This document shows, one piece after another, positions 61,048-64,000 of a DNA stretch of 64,000 nucleotides. Positions within the stretch are counted from its first letter, which is position 1; every line of letters starts with the position of its first letter. The DNA lies in NCBI GenBank assembly GCA_963719225.1, contig CAVRAY010000001.1:1472001-1536000 (forward strand), given 5' to 3'. The translations under genes and the position numbers were made by a program. The notes beneath the pieces were generated by a model, which made no database searches, was not told the DNA's origin, and was given only the letters and a program-made list of their open reading frames with translations. Origin of the DNA: Thermoanaerobaculia bacterium (lineage in GTDB: Bacteria; Acidobacteriota; Thermoanaerobaculia; UBA5066).

Positions 61048-62949
61048 ATGAAGACGTTGCGCTGCACGGTGAGGAGCCTGCTCGTGGCCACGATGTCGCT
61101 GCTTCCTTGCGCGGGCGCCCTCGGCCAGACCCCCACGATCGCCCGGGTCGTCCCGGCCTTCGGATCGGCCGCGGGGAACAACGTCGTGATCGTGACAGGC
61201 ACCGGCTTCGCAGTTGGGGCGACCGTCACGTTCGGGGGCGTTCCCGCGACGTCGGTGAATGTCGTCAATTCGACCTCGCTGACGGCGCATCCTCCCGCCC
61301 ATGCCACGGGATCGCTCACCGTTTCGGTCACGAACCCGGGGGGCTCGCCCGGCAGCCGCGCCAACGCGTACAAGTACCTCGCGACGTCGGGTCAGTTCGG
61401 CATCCAGTTCTTTCCCATCACCCAGGGCGCCGTCACCGACATCACGGCGGGCCCGGACGGCAACCTCTGGCTCCTCAACAACGGAGGCGAGGACCTCGCG
61501 ACGTGGAGCGTCTCGAAAATGACCCCGTCGGGCGCCTTCACGAACTATCCCCTGCCCGATGCCGGCCTTCTGACGGACATCGCGCCGGGTCCGGACGGCA
61601 ACGTCTGGTATACGCGGGAAAGGGAGGGGTTCACAACGCCCAATGCGGCCGTCGGTCGTATCACTCCCTCCGGCGCCGCGACCGAATACCCGCTCAACCC
61701 CCTGAGTGATCCGAAAGGAATCAGCGCCGGGCCTGACGGCGCCGTGTGGTTCGGCGAAAGCTACGACACCATCGTCGGGAGAATCACGACGAGCGGCTCG
61801 CTCACCGAGTTCACCGTCGATGCCAAACCGCACGGGATCACGCTCGGGCCGGACGGGGCGCTGTGGCTCGCCGGATTCAAACAATACGGCTTTTGACTGC
61901 GCCTACTGCCCGGCGGGCAGTTTCAGGACTTCCCAATCCCCAGTCTCCCGGCTGGTGTCTATCCGGACAAGATCATTGCGGGCCCCGACGGAAATCTCTG
62001 GTTCCAGTTCTCCGCCCTCCGCTCGAGCATCGGACGCCTCACGACGGCCGGGGCTTATACGGAGTTCCCCGTGCCGACTGGATTCGCGGTGCACGACATC
62101 GCGGCCGGTGTGGATGGCAACCTGTGGTTCACGAACAGCGATTTCGCATTCAACGTGTTCGTCGGACGCATCACGCCCTCCGGCCAGGTGACCACGTTTC
62201 CTCTTCCCTTCGGGAGTGTTCCCCGCGGGATCACTGCGGGTCCGGACGGCGCGATCTGGTTTGCGAACGGATACGACGTTGGGCGGATCAATCCGGGCGC
62301 GCCCCCGCCGTCGGTAACGCGCGTGACGCCTTCCTTCGGGCGGGACGCGGGAGGGACGCCGATTACGCTGCTGGGCGCGGGCTTTCAGTCCGGCGCCGCG
62401 GTGTCGGTCGGCGGCGTCCCCGCGACCGGCGTGACGGTCGTGGATTCGACGACGATCACCGCGACGACCGGACCTCACGTCACGGGGACGGTGGACGTGA
62501 CGGTCACGAATCCCGGCGCTCAGCCCCTCGTTTTTCCCGGGAGCTTCTTCTACAGCCCTCCTCCGGCGACGTCGCGTCTCTTCCCGCTGACACCGTGCCG
62601 CATCGTCGACACGCGCAACCCGATTGGGCCTCATGGAGGTCCCGCTCTCGTCGGCAACGGGACGCGGCGGACCTTCGTCCTGGCGGGAAGCTGCGGCGTG
62701 CCGGCTGACGCGAAGACGATCTCGGCGAACGTCACGGTGACGGGGCCCGTCGCGGGAGGAACCCTGACCTGCTTCCCCGGGAACGCCGTCCCGACCGGAA
62801 CCACCACGATCGCTTTCAGGGCCGGCCAGACCCGGGCGGACAACACGATGCTCTATCTCGCTACCGACGGCGCGGGCTCGATCGGCGTCCAGAACGACGC
62901 CAGCGGCTCCGTTCATTTCATCGTGGACATCAACGGCTATTTCCGATAG
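61048..62949 (+). pseudogene. Secreted IPT/TIG - Vgb-like 7-bladed propeller - IPT/TIG - PCR-x-x-DTR protein with one in-frame TGA at 61894-61896
   Basis: ORFs 61048-61896 and 62071-62949 are in the same frame; readthrough gives LRLLPGGQFQDFPI..GPDGNLWF and completes 7 blades. Confidence 0.8.
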
Positions 62950-64000
62950 GCGGCGAAGCGTCGACGCGCGCCATCAACTCCGCGAAGCGCCGGTCGCGCC
63001 GGAGAGCCTCCAGCAACGGATACACCTGCAGGATCGCCATGTTGTCCGAGCGGTCTTCGTACGCCCGCTCGAGCAAGGCGAACGCGCGATCGTTCTCTCC
63101 GAGACCTGCGTTCACGAGCGCGAGCTGGAAAGGAGAGACGTAGCGCTTTCTCGAGAGAGCCTCCAGCCGCTTCTCCATGGCGCGCGCGTCGGCGCGGCGG
63201 CCCGCGACGCCGTACGCGTAGCCGAGCGTCGCGAGAAAACGCGGAGAGCCGTCGATCTGAAACGCGCGCTCCAGCTCGTCGACCGCCTCCTTCACCCGCC
63301 CCTCCTTGAGGTGGACGATCCCCAGCATGTTGTGCGCGACCGCGAAGTTGGGCTCCATCTCGAGCGCGGCCTCGAGCTGCTGAATCGCCTCGTCGTATCG
63401 GCCGGCCCAGCAGTGGATTTCGCCGACGTCGGTCGCGATGCTGACCGAGAGCGGATCGAGCTCCTGAGCCCTGCGGATCTGGGCGATCCCCTCGTCGAAG
63501 CGGCCGCGCGACGCGAGGAAATACGCGTACCACTGTGACGCCGTGGCGTATCCGGGATTGAGCGTGATCGCGCGGCGAAACGCACGGTCAGCGCCCTCCC
63601 AGTCCCAGTCGTAGATCCAGCGGACGAACGCCGCCGAAGCGTGCGCCTCGCCCGGAGCGTCGTCGGAAGATACGGCGCGGAGCGCGGCGGCGCGGGCCTC
63701 GTCCAGGGTTTCGCGGGGCGGCCCGGCACCCCAGACGCTCAGCAGGCTGTAGCAGTCGGCGAGGCCGGAGTGGGCCAGCGCGTATCCGGGGTCGGCGGCG
63801 ATCGCCTGCCGGAAGAAGCCGATCGCCTTCCGGAAGTCGGCTTCGGTGCGCCGGTTCCAGAAATAGCGGCCCTTGAGATACGCGTTGTACGCGGAGAGAT
63901 CGTCGGTTCCGCGCCTGGCGAGGCCGGCCCGCGCTTCGGCGCTCAGATGGGGAATCAGGGCCTCGGCGACGCGCTGTGCGATCGCGTCCTCGACCGCGAA
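62930..64000 (-). CDS. C-terminal TPR region of a TolB_N/TPR signalling protein (5' truncated by window edge)
   Basis: Open frame from 64000: AYNAYLKGRYFWNRRT, DPGYALAHSGLAD, YDWDWEGA, ELDPLS, LRRDRRF. Confidence 0.85.
   Translation of the reverse strand, partial: FAVEDAIAQRVAEALIPHLSAEARAGLARRGTDDLSAYNAYLKGRYFWNRRTEADFRKAIGFFRQAIAADPGYALAHSGLADCYSLLSVWGAGPPRETLDEARAAALRAVSSDDAPGEAHASAAFVRWIYDWDWEGADRAFRRAITLNPGYATASQWYAYFLASRGRFDEGIAQIRRAQELDPLSVSIATDVGEIHCWAGRYDEAIQQLEAALEMEPNFAVAHNMLGIVHLKEGRVKEAVDELERAFQIDGSPRFLATLGYAYGVAGRRADARAMEKRLEALSRKRYVSPFQLALVNAGLGENDRAFALLERAYEDRSDNMAILQVYPLLEALRRDRRFAELMARVDASPPIGNSR

Noticed and set aside
52327-62949. Streptogramin B resistance (vgb) genes
   Set aside because: Secreted multidomain proteins sharing only the propeller repeat; catalytic function not supported

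Overview
GC-rich (~70%) bacterial chromosomal window, most likely Acidobacteriota (Thermoanaerobaculia-like; inferred from gene families, not from a search). The consensus carries indel errors: the essential thrS gene is broken twice at homopolymers. Contents in order: (1) envelope/glycosylation genes, a VanX-cyclase fusion and a tandem pair of membrane Ser/Thr kinases, one degraded (1-10.9 kb); (2) a core block, tRNA-Val x2-thrS-infC-rpmI-rplT-pheST-zapBA-6S RNA-rny-ymdB ... xseAB-ispA, then a GGDEF/EAL protein and an sxtJ/K/I-like carbamoyltransferase triplet (11-31.8 kb); (3) a 12-kb locus with three different glutamate dehydrogenases flanking three PEP-synthase-like ATP-grasp proteins that lack the pyruvate-binding domain but carry sensory domains and a conserved G[ST]HFF histidine (32.6-44.9 kb; best candidate for an undescribed system); (4) an Oar-like TonB-dependent receptor, acyl-CoA dehydrogenase, APC permease, pfkA, tRNA-Cys and tRNA-Leu; (5) secreted beta-propeller proteins and two ~920-aa paralogs with constant N-termini and variable C-termini around rnc (52-64 kb). 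A second unexplained signal is a dispersed, purine-flanked palindromic TTCTnAGAA motif written into both coding and intergenic DNA. No CRISPR array, rRNA, transposase, integrase or reverse transcriptase was seen.
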